A stretch of DNA of 64,000 bases, from contig JAWAEW010000001.1 in the NCBI GenBank assembly GCA_038891035.1, positions 7,262 through 71,261 on the forward strand. The letters run 5' to 3'. Shown here piece by piece: positions 17,453 through 26,681 of the stretch. The position numbers and the translations under genes were made by a program. A model generated the notes under the pieces. The model did not search any database and had not been told where the DNA came from. It was given only the letters and a program-made list of their open reading frames with translations. This DNA is from Candidatus Anstonellaceae archaeon (GTDB lineage: Archaea; Micrarchaeota; Micrarchaeia; Anstonellales; Anstonellaceae). Each line of letters starts with the position of its first letter. Within the stretch, counting starts at the first letter, position 1.

Positions 17453-19063
17453 ATGGTTGAGCAATTTACAGAAAAGGAGAAAGAAATTCTGCTTCAGTTT
17501 TGCACTAACGTGGATAGTGACTGTTTTGCACTTATCAATCTGCCTGAAGTAGTGAAAGGAGCGCTTTTTTCGAGGTATTCACGTTCTTCTCTTTCTTTGA
17601 GAAGGCTTCTTTTGCAAGAGTTCATAAATAATCCTGAATCTGGCTTTGCTGATGTTGTGGCAAACAAGGCTGCAGCAGACCAACTCATTGCAACAAAAAA
17701 GGCAGAAGAATTTTATGACAGGGTTTTGATAGGCTACGGTGATGATTCGGTTGCTGAGCTTGGTGGGGCGCATTTGGCAGCTGAAAACATCTCAATTCTT
17801 CTTACAAAATATCTTCAAGACAGCAGAATAGGCATTTCTCCACTGGAAAAATCCACACGTTACGTCTTTTTTGACCAAAAGGAAAACGGAAGCTACAAAT
17901 ACCTGAAAGAAAAGAAAATCATGAACTCTGAGTTTGCAAACCAATATCAAAAAGTCTGTGATTTGCTTTTTGATACTTATTCCTCACTCATATCGCCCCT
18001 TTCAAAATTGGAAGAAGAAAAAAATCCACCTGCTCCTGATGTGTCGGAACGGGCCTACAGGGCCACAATTCGGGCAAAGGTATGCGATATTTTGCGCGGA
18101 ATACTCCCTGCCTCTACTCTTACAAATGCAGGATTTTTCGGGAATGGAAGAGCATTTGAGTATTTGCTTGCCAAGCTTTATGCATCGCCTCTTTCAGAGG
18201 CGCAGGAATTTGCCCAAAAGGCTCACCAAGAACTAAGTAAGGTTATACCCTCATTTGTGAAAAGAGCAAATGATAAATATGGTAAAGAGTTGCAACATTA
18301 CTTGGAGCAATGCCGCCAAGAGATAAGAAAAATAATCTTAGGCTTTCCTGAGCTGCAGCAGCAGGCCCACTCTGCATCGCAGGTTTTACTGATAGATTAT
18401 GACAAAGACGCGTATGACAAAGTGATTGCAGCAATCCTGTTTCCGCATTCTCATGTTTGCATGAATGAAATCCTTCAAAAATTTTCTAAGTTAAGCAAAG
18501 AAGAAAAACAAAAAATTCTTTCAGCCTATGTTGGCAGCCGAGGAAACCGAAGGCAAAAGCCAGGGAGGGCGTTTGAGATTCCTTACTACACTTTTTGCAT
18601 AACTGGCAATTTTGGGATGTATCGAGACTTGCATCGGCATAGGATTCTTACCCAAGAGCGCCAGATGCTTTCGACCAAGCATGGCTTTGATATGCCAAAA
18701 GAAATCATTGAAGCAGGATTTGAGGATAAAGTGCAAGCAGCTGTCCAGGCAGCAGATGAACTTTATTCAGAGATGTCCAATTCAATGCCTTACGAGGCAC
18801 AGTATGTTGTGCCTCTTGGATGCAGAATGCGATGGTACATAAGACTGAACTTGAGAGAAGCATATCATCTTTGCGAGCTTCGTTCCATGCGTCAGGGGCA
18901 TCGCGACTATCGGCAGGTAGCCCAAGAGATACATCGCTTAATTTCTAGCGTGCATCCTGAGCTTGCTGAAGGGATGAAATTTGTAGATTATCAAGATTAC
19001 GAACTTGAACGGCTAGAAGCAGAAAAAAAGCTGGATAAAAAGATGCAACAGCTAAAAAAGTGA
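17453..19063 (+). CDS. thyX: Flavin-dependent thymidylate synthase, tandem-domain form
   Basis: YGDDSVAELG, SPLEKSTRY, RDLHRHR, ELRS. 536 aa. Confidence 0.88.
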   Translation: MVEQFTEKEKEILLQFCTNVDSDCFALINLPEVVKGALFSRYSRSSLSLRRLLLQEFINNPESGFADVVANKAAADQLIATKKAEEFYDRVLIGYGDDSVAELGGAHLAAENISILLTKYLQDSRIGISPLEKSTRYVFFDQKENGSYKYLKEKKIMNSEFANQYQKVCDLLFDTYSSLISPLSKLEEEKNPPAPDVSERAYRATIRAKVCDILRGILPASTLTNAGFFGNGRAFEYLLAKLYASPLSEAQEFAQKAHQELSKVIPSFVKRANDKYGKELQHYLEQCRQEIRKIILGFPELQQQAHSASQVLLIDYDKDAYDKVIAAILFPHSHVCMNEILQKFSKLSKEEKQKILSAYVGSRGNRRQKPGRAFEIPYYTFCITGNFGMYRDLHRHRILTQERQMLSTKHGFDMPKEIIEAGFEDKVQAAVQAADELYSEMSNSMPYEAQYVVPLGCRMRWYIRLNLREAYHLCELRSMRQGHRDYRQVAQEIHRLISSVHPELAEGMKFVDYQDYELERLEAEKKLDKKMQQLKK

Positions 19064-19064
19064 T

Positions 19065-20252
19065 TCACTTAAGTACGCCCAGCTTTTTGCCTACTTTTTC
19101 GAATGCAGCAAGTGCATCGTTCAGGTCTTCTTTGGTATGTGCCGCGCTCATCATGGTTCTTATCCTTGCCCTGTCACGCGCAACCATCGGATAAACAATC
19201 GGCAGTGCAAATACTCCCTCTGCAAAAAGCTGCTTGGAAAATTCCTGCGCTAGCTTGGATTCACCTAGCATAACCGGAGTGATGGGTGTTTGGCTATTGC
19301 CTATATCAAAGCCTAGGCTGACGAGCTGGCTTTTCCAGTAGCGAGTATTTTTCCACAGTTTTCTGACAAGCCGGTCGTCTTTTTCGAGAAGCTCAATTGC
19401 TGCCTTGCAGGCTGCAACGGTTGCAGGCGGCGCAGAGCCTGAAAGCAAAAACGAGCGTGCCCTATTTTGCAAGAAGTCATATAATGCTTGGCTTCCTGCT
19501 ACATAGCCTCCAACCACCCCAAAGGCCTTTGAAAACGTTCCCATTTCAACTTCTATTTTGCCTTCCAGGTGAAAATGCGAGACAATCCCTCTACCGTGGT
19601 CTCCAAGTACCCCATCTCCATGGGCATCGTCTACGTAAACAAAGGCATCGTACTGGTGTGCAATCTTTTCTATTTGGTCAAGCGGAGCAATATCTCCATC
19701 CATGGAAAAAACCCCATCAGTAATCACCCATATTTTTTTGTAGGTGCCCTTTGCTCGAGCTTCCTTTAATATGCGCTCCAAATCTTGTATATCGCAGTGC
19801 TTGTAGATTGCGCGTTCTGCTTTGCTGAGTCTTACTCCGTCAATTATACTTCCGTGATTGAGTTCATCTGACACAAGCAAATCTCCTTCTGCTCCAAGCT
19901 GTGGTATTGAGCCTTGGTTTGCTGCAAAGCCGGTTTGGAAATAGAGAGCAGCTTGAGTATGCTTGAATTTTGCAATTGCCTTTTCAAGCTCCAAATGCAA
20001 GTCCATAGTGCCTGCAATTGCCCGCACTGAGCCTGAGCCAGCCCCATGTGTTCTGGTGGCCGCTATTGCCGCTTTTTTGAGCTTCGGATGAACGGAAAGA
20101 CCCAAATAGTTGTTTGAGCAAAGCATTATCACATCTTTACCATCCACATTGCATCTGGGCGTGCTTGGGCCTGAAAGCCTGCGAAGCTGCCAGTTCAACC
20201 CGCTTTGCTTTAATGCATCCACTTCAGCTTTAAGATAAGAATCCAGTTCCAT
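19065..20252 (-). CDS. kbl: Glycine C-acetyltransferase / 8-amino-7-oxononanoate synthase family PLP enzyme
   Basis: SNNYLGL, NHGSIIDG, DGVFSMDGD, DDAHG, GTFSKAFG. Confidence 0.85.
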   Translation of the reverse strand: MELDSYLKAEVDALKQSGLNWQLRRLSGPSTPRCNVDGKDVIMLCSNNYLGLSVHPKLKKAAIAATRTHGAGSGSVRAIAGTMDLHLELEKAIAKFKHTQAALYFQTGFAANQGSIPQLGAEGDLLVSDELNHGSIIDGVRLSKAERAIYKHCDIQDLERILKEARAKGTYKKIWVITDGVFSMDGDIAPLDQIEKIAHQYDAFVYVDDAHGDGVLGDHGRGIVSHFHLEGKIEVEMGTFSKAFGVVGGYVAGSQALYDFLQNRARSFLLSGSAPPATVAACKAAIELLEKDDRLVRKLWKNTRYWKSQLVSLGFDIGNSQTPITPVMLGESKLAQEFSKQLFAEGVFALPIVYPMVARDRARIRTMMSAAHTKEDLNDALAAFEKVGKKLGVLK

Positions 20253-20347
20253 TCTCTCACCGAAGTTTTGTTTACCCAGGCAAGCTTTTAATTTGAGCGG
20301 CATCCTGGCTTGTTCAAGCTTTTAAATAGAGGTGCATAAATAATCTT

Positions 20348-21130
20348 TTGATGCAACACTTTTTGCGCTTTTACTTTGGAGAAGGAAGACCTCAAATAAT
20401 TTTTCGAAATTTCGAGCAAGTAGGGTTGCTTGAGCTTGAGGCAGGAAAATATGCAGATTTGGATTTCAGCTCGCGCATCTGCTGCATAGGCTACAAAAGC
20501 CCTGATGGCTTTTGCCCCTGCCCAAACAGCGCAATCCATATTCGTCAATGCCCAACCTGCTCCTTTCGAGACATCTCACGAGCATACACAGTAGGGGATT
20601 TTTCTGCATATCCGCAGCTTTATGAAGAAGCAAAGCAGGAAGAATATTGTGTTTATCTTGCGCAGTTTGGTGCAAATATTACAAAGTGCGGAGTCACACG
20701 CACTCAGCGGTTTGAAAGCAGGATGCTTGAGCAAGGAGCAGATTTTGGCTGCATAATTGCAAGATTTATCGGCCCAGATCAGGTATATCAGGCGGAAGCA
20801 GAGATACAGTCGCGTTTTATGCTTGCAAACTCAGTAAGAATGTCTCAGAAATTGCGCCTGCTTTCATTTGATCGCCAAGAAGCAATAGAGCATCTGCGCC
20901 AGGCAGTAGAGCTGGTCCGTTCTTCCCAAATACTGCCCGATTTCGAGCCAAAGATTCAGGATTTTACCCAATTTTATCCAAAAATAAATGGGGTGCAGCT
21001 TGCAGATTCTATTCTGGGCAGAGTGCTTGGGGCAAAAGGAGAAATTTTGTTTTTCAGGTCTGATCTTGGAAGGGATTTTGCAGTCAATATGCGCCAAAAG
21101 GTAGGAACCTTTTTTGAGGTTCGTCAATAA
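20348..21130 (+). CDS. DUF2797-family Zn-binding protein
   Basis: CCIGY, QCPTC, VYLA...KCGVT...RMLEQGA. Confidence 0.75.
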   Translation: MMQHFLRFYFGEGRPQIIFRNFEQVGLLELEAGKYADLDFSSRICCIGYKSPDGFCPCPNSAIHIRQCPTCSFRDISRAYTVGDFSAYPQLYEEAKQEEYCVYLAQFGANITKCGVTRTQRFESRMLEQGADFGCIIARFIGPDQVYQAEAEIQSRFMLANSVRMSQKLRLLSFDRQEAIEHLRQAVELVRSSQILPDFEPKIQDFTQFYPKINGVQLADSILGRVLGAKGEILFFRSDLGRDFAVNMRQKVGTFFEVRQ

Positions 21131-21828
21131 AACCCTTCTGGTCTCAAAAGAAAATCTATGCCAATATTTTGCTGGGCAAGTTCAAGGAGGCTTTTTGTCC
21201 TCATCCTCAAATAAACCCCAAATGCCAAGCAAAATTTGCTTGCGGTCTTCTTGCGAATTTCAAATTCTTCCCCATAGTTTCGGTTCCTCAGCAGCTTGCC
21301 TCCGCGAAGCTCGTAAAAGCAAGCACCTCTCATCTGGGCAAAAATGCTGTAGTCTGCTTCAAACTGATCTGAGACGAGGTTTGCAAGCACAAGAGGTTCA
21401 GAACCAGGATTGATTGTCACATGGCCATAGCCTGGCGGAATCAGGATCTTTTCACCTTTTTTGGCAGATACCAAAACAGCATCCTGTACTCCCAAGCCGC
21501 TTACCTTTTGAAGCAAAAAATGTGCCTTTCCATCCAACACTTCATAAGCTTCCGACCAGGGTGTTCCTGAGGGTGACTTGGGGTGTGTATGCCCAAAAGT
21601 CTTGTTGTACTCGCCCCCCAAATCACAAGGAAGTATTCTTGTTATGTCGTATCTGAGGTGCCCAAATTTCCTCACGGCGCGGTACATAAAATATAGTGGA
21701 GAATCAGGTTCCATACTGACTCTCTCAGGATTGGCAAGCACAGGCAGCATCTGTGCAAAAGTGCGCACTGAAGCTGAGAACCTCTCTCCTTCATATATCA
21801 GTTCAGTCCTGTCAAACTCAATCTTCAT
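21124..21828 (-). CDS. Cupin-type glucose-6-phosphate isomerase
   Basis: LYFMYR, LRYDIT, KTFGHTH, EAYEV, IPPGYGHVTIN. Confidence 0.88.
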   Translation of the reverse strand: MKIEFDRTELIYEGERFSASVRTFAQMLPVLANPERVSMEPDSPLYFMYRAVRKFGHLRYDITRILPCDLGGEYNKTFGHTHPKSPSGTPWSEAYEVLDGKAHFLLQKVSGLGVQDAVLVSAKKGEKILIPPGYGHVTINPGSEPLVLANLVSDQFEADYSIFAQMRGACFYELRGGKLLRNRNYGEEFEIRKKTASKFCLAFGVYLRMRTKSLLELAQQNIGIDFLLRPEGFY

Positions 21829-22313
21829 TTCCTCCCCTTCCGCTTCTTTGGCAGCCTATTTTCACCTTTCTCTTTCAGGGCCAAAAGCTCATCCTTTATT
21901 GGGCACATTGAAGCAATTCCGCTTTGCCCTCCGTACTTTTCAAGTTTCTCTTTCTTCAGCTTTTCAATGATTATGTAAAGGAATGTAGAAAATTGGTGCA
22001 AATCGACATCGTATTCTTGCGCCACCTCCTCTGACTTCTGCAAAAGCTTCACCACATCCACCAATATCCGCGGAGGTATTTTGCCATCTTTGCGCGCGCG
22101 TATTTTTTCCAAAAGCAAAAGCCTTGCCATCTGAAGCTCCTTTATTATCTTGCGCAGCTTTTGGCTTTTGTGCTCCACTTTTATTTGAAAGTCAGAAGAA
22201 AGCTGGACCACGGTTTCCCATGATACTTCTCCGAGATTTTGACTTATCTGTGCAGGAAGGGAATACCTTGCCGAAAACGGCTCGTCTTGCTTTAATGCGC
22301 ACATCTTTCTCAT
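21825..22313 (-). CDS. Hypothetical protein
   Basis: 162-aa ORF with ATGA overlap into the isomerase gene. Confidence 0.55.
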   Translation of the reverse strand: MRKMCALKQDEPFSARYSLPAQISQNLGEVSWETVVQLSSDFQIKVEHKSQKLRKIIKELQMARLLLLEKIRARKDGKIPPRILVDVVKLLQKSEEVAQEYDVDLHQFSTFLYIIIEKLKKEKLEKYGGQSGIASMCPIKDELLALKEKGENRLPKKRKGRK

Positions 22314-22362
22314 TCTCTTCTCTCAGCTTCTCTTTAAAAGGTTACGCAAAAAACAACATCTG

Positions 22363-23877
22363 ATGCAAAAAGAGCTTGGGGTTGTGATTTCAACAGAGGA
22401 TGGCCCAACCACCTTAGGGTTTGAATTCGTAATTTCAGACCCTTCTGCAAGGAAAGGCCAATTCGTTTCAGTATCTTCTGTGCAAGGGCAGGTAATAGGT
22501 TCAATAACTGAAATAGCCAAAGCAAACCGATATTTCGAGCAGGCAGAATCTGTTGCAGGCTATGAAAAAAACAGCCCAATTTCTGAATCCTTCCCAGCGT
22601 CAGAGTGGGAATATAGCATTGCAAAAGTAGCGGTCCACGGTGTTTTTTCTGATGAAGGCACTATCCGCTCAACCTTTCCAGTCAGCCCAGGAAGCAAAGT
22701 CTTTGAGGCGGAGGAAGATACACTCAAGAAATTCCTCCAGCTTGATCCTTCTGGGCTTTATATAGGGACTCTGCAACACCACAACCTCCAAATAAAGCTT
22801 TCAATGTCCAAGCTTTTCCAGAAGCACCTTGCAATACTTGCCATGTCCGGCAGCGGCAAATCCTACTTAACTTCAGTACTTATTGAGGAGCTTTTGGACA
22901 GACCGCCCCAGCTTGGAAGGCTCGCGGTAGTGGTGATAGACAACCACGGCGAATACGTTGGATTCAAAAACACACAATATTCGCGCCAAACCCAAGTAGT
23001 CAAAGGCAGGCAGTTCAAAATTGCATATCGGAAGGTTTCTCCCCAAATGATCCATGAGTGGATACCCGAAATGTCTGTAACACAGTACCGTGAGCTGGTT
23101 CCGATTATGGCAGATCTAAAGCACCAAATGAAGCAGACTGGTCAATCGAGGAAGCTTAAGGACTTAATAGATGCTGTGCAGACCAGCCTAAATGACAAAA
23201 AGAAAGAAAACATCAAGCGCCCACTTATAAGTTGGCTTGCAGAGCTAGACTCCCTCAAAATAATTTCAGATTCTGACAGTCCAATTCTTGATAAGGCAGT
23301 AGAGCCAGGAAAGCTTTTTGTGCTTGATTTGTCGGACCTTGAAAACCAAAGAAAGAAGCAGATTATTGTGTCGTACCTTTGTAGAAGGCTGTTTAAGCTT
23401 CGCAAGAAGGAAAAAATCGCACCATTTTTGCTTGTGGTGGAGGAAGCCCACAATTTTGCTCCAGAAAAGGCAGAAAAGCACCATGCCCTTGCAAAAGCAC
23501 CGATAATCACAATTGCCCGCGAGGGAAGAAAATTCGGAGCCTGTCTCTGTCTCATTTCGCAGCGTCCTGTGCATCTTGCAACAAGTGCGCTTTCGCAATG
23601 CAATACCAATATTATCTTGAGGATGACTAATCCTTTCGATATAGAGCATGTGGGTGAATCCTGCGAAGGCATAGACCGTGGCATGTTGGATTCAATAACT
23701 ACCCTCAGAGTAGGTGAGGCCTTGCTGGTCGGGGAGGCAACAGGCTCACCCATATTTGTGAAAATAAGAAAAAGGAAAAGTGAATTTTCCGCAAAGGGCA
23801 AGGACCTTGAACTCCTTTCAAAAAGCTTTGAACAGGCACAGATACAAAAGAAGCAGGATGTGGAGGCGTTTTTGTGA
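22363..23877 (+). CDS. herA: HerA/FtsK-family ATPase (HAS barrel + DUF87)
   Basis: HLAILAMSGSGKS, IDNHGEY, VVEEAH, AREGRKFG, SQRP, SQCNT. Confidence 0.85.
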   Translation: MQKELGVVISTEDGPTTLGFEFVISDPSARKGQFVSVSSVQGQVIGSITEIAKANRYFEQAESVAGYEKNSPISESFPASEWEYSIAKVAVHGVFSDEGTIRSTFPVSPGSKVFEAEEDTLKKFLQLDPSGLYIGTLQHHNLQIKLSMSKLFQKHLAILAMSGSGKSYLTSVLIEELLDRPPQLGRLAVVVIDNHGEYVGFKNTQYSRQTQVVKGRQFKIAYRKVSPQMIHEWIPEMSVTQYRELVPIMADLKHQMKQTGQSRKLKDLIDAVQTSLNDKKKENIKRPLISWLAELDSLKIISDSDSPILDKAVEPGKLFVLDLSDLENQRKKQIIVSYLCRRLFKLRKKEKIAPFLLVVEEAHNFAPEKAEKHHALAKAPIITIAREGRKFGACLCLISQRPVHLATSALSQCNTNIILRMTNPFDIEHVGESCEGIDRGMLDSITTLRVGEALLVGEATGSPIFVKIRKRKSEFSAKGKDLELLSKSFEQAQIQKKQDVEAFL

Positions 23878-24803
23878 GAGAATCTATCCTCCAACCAAAT
23901 ATCCCATTTGCTTACAGGCTTTTTAACGAGTTTTTCAAACTCATCAAAGGCAACGCAAAAATCAAGCCAATTTTCACAGAGCACAACAGAACGCCTTTTT
24001 CAGATAATCCTTCCAAGCTAAGAAAATACAAGAATATCACTCAGAAAATTGCCCAGCAAGGGTTTAGAGAGAATGGAGCTTGGCTTTCTTTGACTGTTTC
24101 TGCAAAGATTGATCAGATGAAGAATCTTAAGGATGAGCAAGGAAAAAGTGCCTATGCCTATATTTTTGATGCAGCAAAGATTTTTGGCATAAAGCCTTCT
24201 GCCCTTCTTTCAATTGTTATGTGCGAAAACAGCAAGCTGGATTTGAACTTTGAAAATAGAAGGAACAACAAAGATTCTGATAAAGGGCTTATGCAAATTT
24301 CAGACGAAAACCGACTCTCTCTTAATCAGCCTGCAGTTGCGCAAAAGCTTGCCTCTTTACTTGGGCAAAAACAGCTGGAAGAACTTGGGAGGCTATTTGG
24401 GCTTGAATACAGCGGAGGAAGCCTAGAAAGATTTGCTTCAAGAATAGTAGAAAAGATAACAGGCTACAATTCTTTTTCAGGGCAGCTTTCTTCTGATACG
24501 GCTTTCAAGCTGAAGCACAATATTTTTGCAGCAGCAATCTATTTCTTTGTCAACCTCAAAGATTATGAAAACAATTACATCCTTGCCGCTTTCGCTTATC
24601 ATACTGGTAGGCGCAGGCTCAACAATTTCCTTGAAGGCAAAAAGACCAGCAACCCATCAAGACAGAAAGAGGCAGAAGAAAATGGAATAAACTATGCATC
24701 AAAATTTTGGAACTATTTTTGTGTTTTCGAATCTTATTTTGCAACGCAAAATCAACTCTTTTCAGCCTCGAAATCTCTTTTTGAATCGGTAAATAGGTTT
24801 TAA
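23874..24803 (+). CDS. Lytic transglycosylase (SLT/GH23-like) domain protein
   Basis: Motif I IVMCENS (catalytic Glu), motif II GLMQI, NIFAAAIYF, motif III AYHTG. Confidence 0.78.
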   Translation: MRESILQPNIPFAYRLFNEFFKLIKGNAKIKPIFTEHNRTPFSDNPSKLRKYKNITQKIAQQGFRENGAWLSLTVSAKIDQMKNLKDEQGKSAYAYIFDAAKIFGIKPSALLSIVMCENSKLDLNFENRRNNKDSDKGLMQISDENRLSLNQPAVAQKLASLLGQKQLEELGRLFGLEYSGGSLERFASRIVEKITGYNSFSGQLSSDTAFKLKHNIFAAAIYFFVNLKDYENNYILAAFAYHTGRRRLNNFLEGKKTSNPSRQKEAEENGINYASKFWNYFCVFESYFATQNQLFSASKSLFESVNRF

Positions 24804-24827
24804 AGCTGAAATGCAGAAAGTCAAAGT

Positions 24828-25739
24828 ATGACAAAAAAGAACCAGGTTCGAAAGGACTATCTGGGAAGACTGGTGGTGCTCACCCAAACCAGAAGCAGCA
24901 GGCCACATGATTTTCACCCCCAAAAGCCACAAAAACTTCAAAATCCGAAGAATTGCTTTTTTTGCCCAGGAAACGAGCACCTCACTCCACCTGAGCTTTT
25001 TAGGGTGGAAAAAGAAGGAAAATGGGAAGTGAGAATTTTCCCAAACAAATTTCCAGCATTTGAGCAGGAAAGCCGTTCTGCTTACGGGCGGCATGAAGTG
25101 ATTGTTGAAACTCCAAACCATTATGCCACTCTTTCAGAGCTTTCACAGCAGAACCTTTATGATTATCTTTGGGTGCTTTCGGCTCGTCTTGCTGATGCAA
25201 AAAAAGATAGTAGGCTCAAATACACCGCTATCTTCAAAAATGAAGGAAAAGAGGCTGGATGCTCTCTTGAGCATTCACACAGCCAGCTTGTTAGCATGGG
25301 GTTTGTCCCTCCTTTCATAAAAAAGCTTGCAAGACGCAGAACTGCATTTGCAAAACTGGTCTCAGAAAGAAAGCTTTGCTGGGCAGAAAATGAGCATTTT
25401 GTTGCCATTTGTCCAAAAGCTCCTCGCTTTCATCTTGAAACCCTCATAATCCCACGCATGCAGGCTGCTTCGATTGACTGCCTGGAGCAAGAGCAGCTGA
25501 AAAGCCTTGCAGAAATCCTCAAAAGGGTACTTGAGGCAATTGACAAGGCAGCAAACTTCCCTCCTTACAACATAATCTTTCACAATGCACCGCATCAAGT
25601 CCTTCAATTTCCTTTTCATCTTCAAATTGCACCACGCATTTCGACTTGGGCAGGATTTGAGCTGCAGACAGATATAGTGATGCTTTCAGAATTTCCTGAA
25701 GATTCCGCAAAAAGGTTAAGGGAAATTTGTAGACAATAA
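24828..25739 (+). CDS. galT: Galactose-1-phosphate uridylyltransferase (HIT family)
   Basis: RSSRP, CFFCPGNE, PNKFP, HEVIVE, GCSLEHSHSQ. Confidence 0.9.
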   Translation: MTKKNQVRKDYLGRLVVLTQTRSSRPHDFHPQKPQKLQNPKNCFFCPGNEHLTPPELFRVEKEGKWEVRIFPNKFPAFEQESRSAYGRHEVIVETPNHYATLSELSQQNLYDYLWVLSARLADAKKDSRLKYTAIFKNEGKEAGCSLEHSHSQLVSMGFVPPFIKKLARRRTAFAKLVSERKLCWAENEHFVAICPKAPRFHLETLIIPRMQAASIDCLEQEQLKSLAEILKRVLEAIDKAANFPPYNIIFHNAPHQVLQFPFHLQIAPRISTWAGFELQTDIVMLSEFPEDSAKRLREICRQ

Positions 25740-25819
25740 TGTACATTTTTGTTCATTGTTACACTTCTTTTTATAACCTTCTTATCAGAAAATTCCCAAG
25801 CTTTCTGTGGTGAGGGAGC

Positions 25820-26026
25820 ATGACTGTTTGGAATCGCACGCTTAGAGTGAATAACGCCCAAAAAAGCAATGCATTTGTCCAGATTTTTTACAAGGATTCA
25901 ATAGCAAAATTCATAGAAAAAATTGCTCCAAAAGTTTCACGGCTGCGATCCAGGCTATTGAAGGTGGAAAAAATCGACGTTTTTAGGCTAGGCAGAAAAA
26001 GAGTGACAAAAATTACATTTTCCTGA
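25820..26026 (+). CDS. Small basic hypothetical protein
   Basis: RBS GGTGAGGGAG. 68 aa. Followed by the next gene after 10 nt. Confidence 0.5.
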   Translation: MTVWNRTLRVNNAQKSNAFVQIFYKDSIAKFIEKIAPKVSRLRSRLLKVEKIDVFRLGRKRVTKITFS

Positions 26027-26036
26027 GGCTGGGAAA

Positions 26037-26681
26037 ATGAAGCGTTTTCTTGTTCTTGTAGAAGGTTTTGAGAGTCTAAGCTACCCTCTTGGAAAGGAAG
26101 AGCTGCCAGCCGAGTTTGAGTACAATAAGGAAAAATTCTTTCTCGTCAAAGTTGCAGATGAATTTGAAGCCCAGGCGCTTGTTGCAGCGGCAGAGGACTT
26201 AAAGCAGCACGCAGTACCAGCAGTTGGCTATGTTTTTTCAGAAGGAAAGTTTTACCTGGTTTGCATGAAGCAAGGCAAAAAGCCAAATGCAGCCGAGATG
26301 TCACCTCAGCAAAGACTCTCCTTCGCAATCCTTACAGTCCGCAGGCTTGCTGCAATACATTCCCAAGGACTTTGCTGTGGCGGGCTGCCATCAGATGCAA
26401 TTGAATTCTCAGGCAAACAAGTTTTATTAAGTCAGCCTAATCGGCTTTGCTCAGAGGTAGAAAATCACGAGATGTTTTTTGAAGCTGCGGCAACTCTGGG
26501 TTTGCTCAAAAGCAACCAATTTGTTTTGTATTCGCAGCTTAGACAGCTTGCATCAGAATATGTGTCATTCTCTCCAATTTGCCGCCATACAGTATATTCG
26601 TATGTTAAAGAAAAAGGTCTTTCCTTGTCACCCACAGAAGCACTAGCGCAGGCTGCCGCAAAGTATTCCTTGTTCTTTTAG
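26037..26681 (+). CDS. Hypothetical protein with degenerate kinase-like motifs
   Basis: LAAIHSQGLCCGGLPSDAI resembles LxxLHxxGxxHGDLxxxNI. Confidence 0.5.
   Translation: MKRFLVLVEGFESLSYPLGKEELPAEFEYNKEKFFLVKVADEFEAQALVAAAEDLKQHAVPAVGYVFSEGKFYLVCMKQGKKPNAAEMSPQQRLSFAILTVRRLAAIHSQGLCCGGLPSDAIEFSGKQVLLSQPNRLCSEVENHEMFFEAAATLGLLKSNQFVLYSQLRQLASEYVSFSPICRHTVYSYVKEKGLSLSPTEALAQAAAKYSLFF

Noticed and set aside
23142-23984. 280-aa antisense ORF inside herA, and similar shadow ORFs in the ATPase, rad50, M20 and cdc48 genes
   Set aside because: They are mirror frames of well-supported genes with no motifs or RBS.
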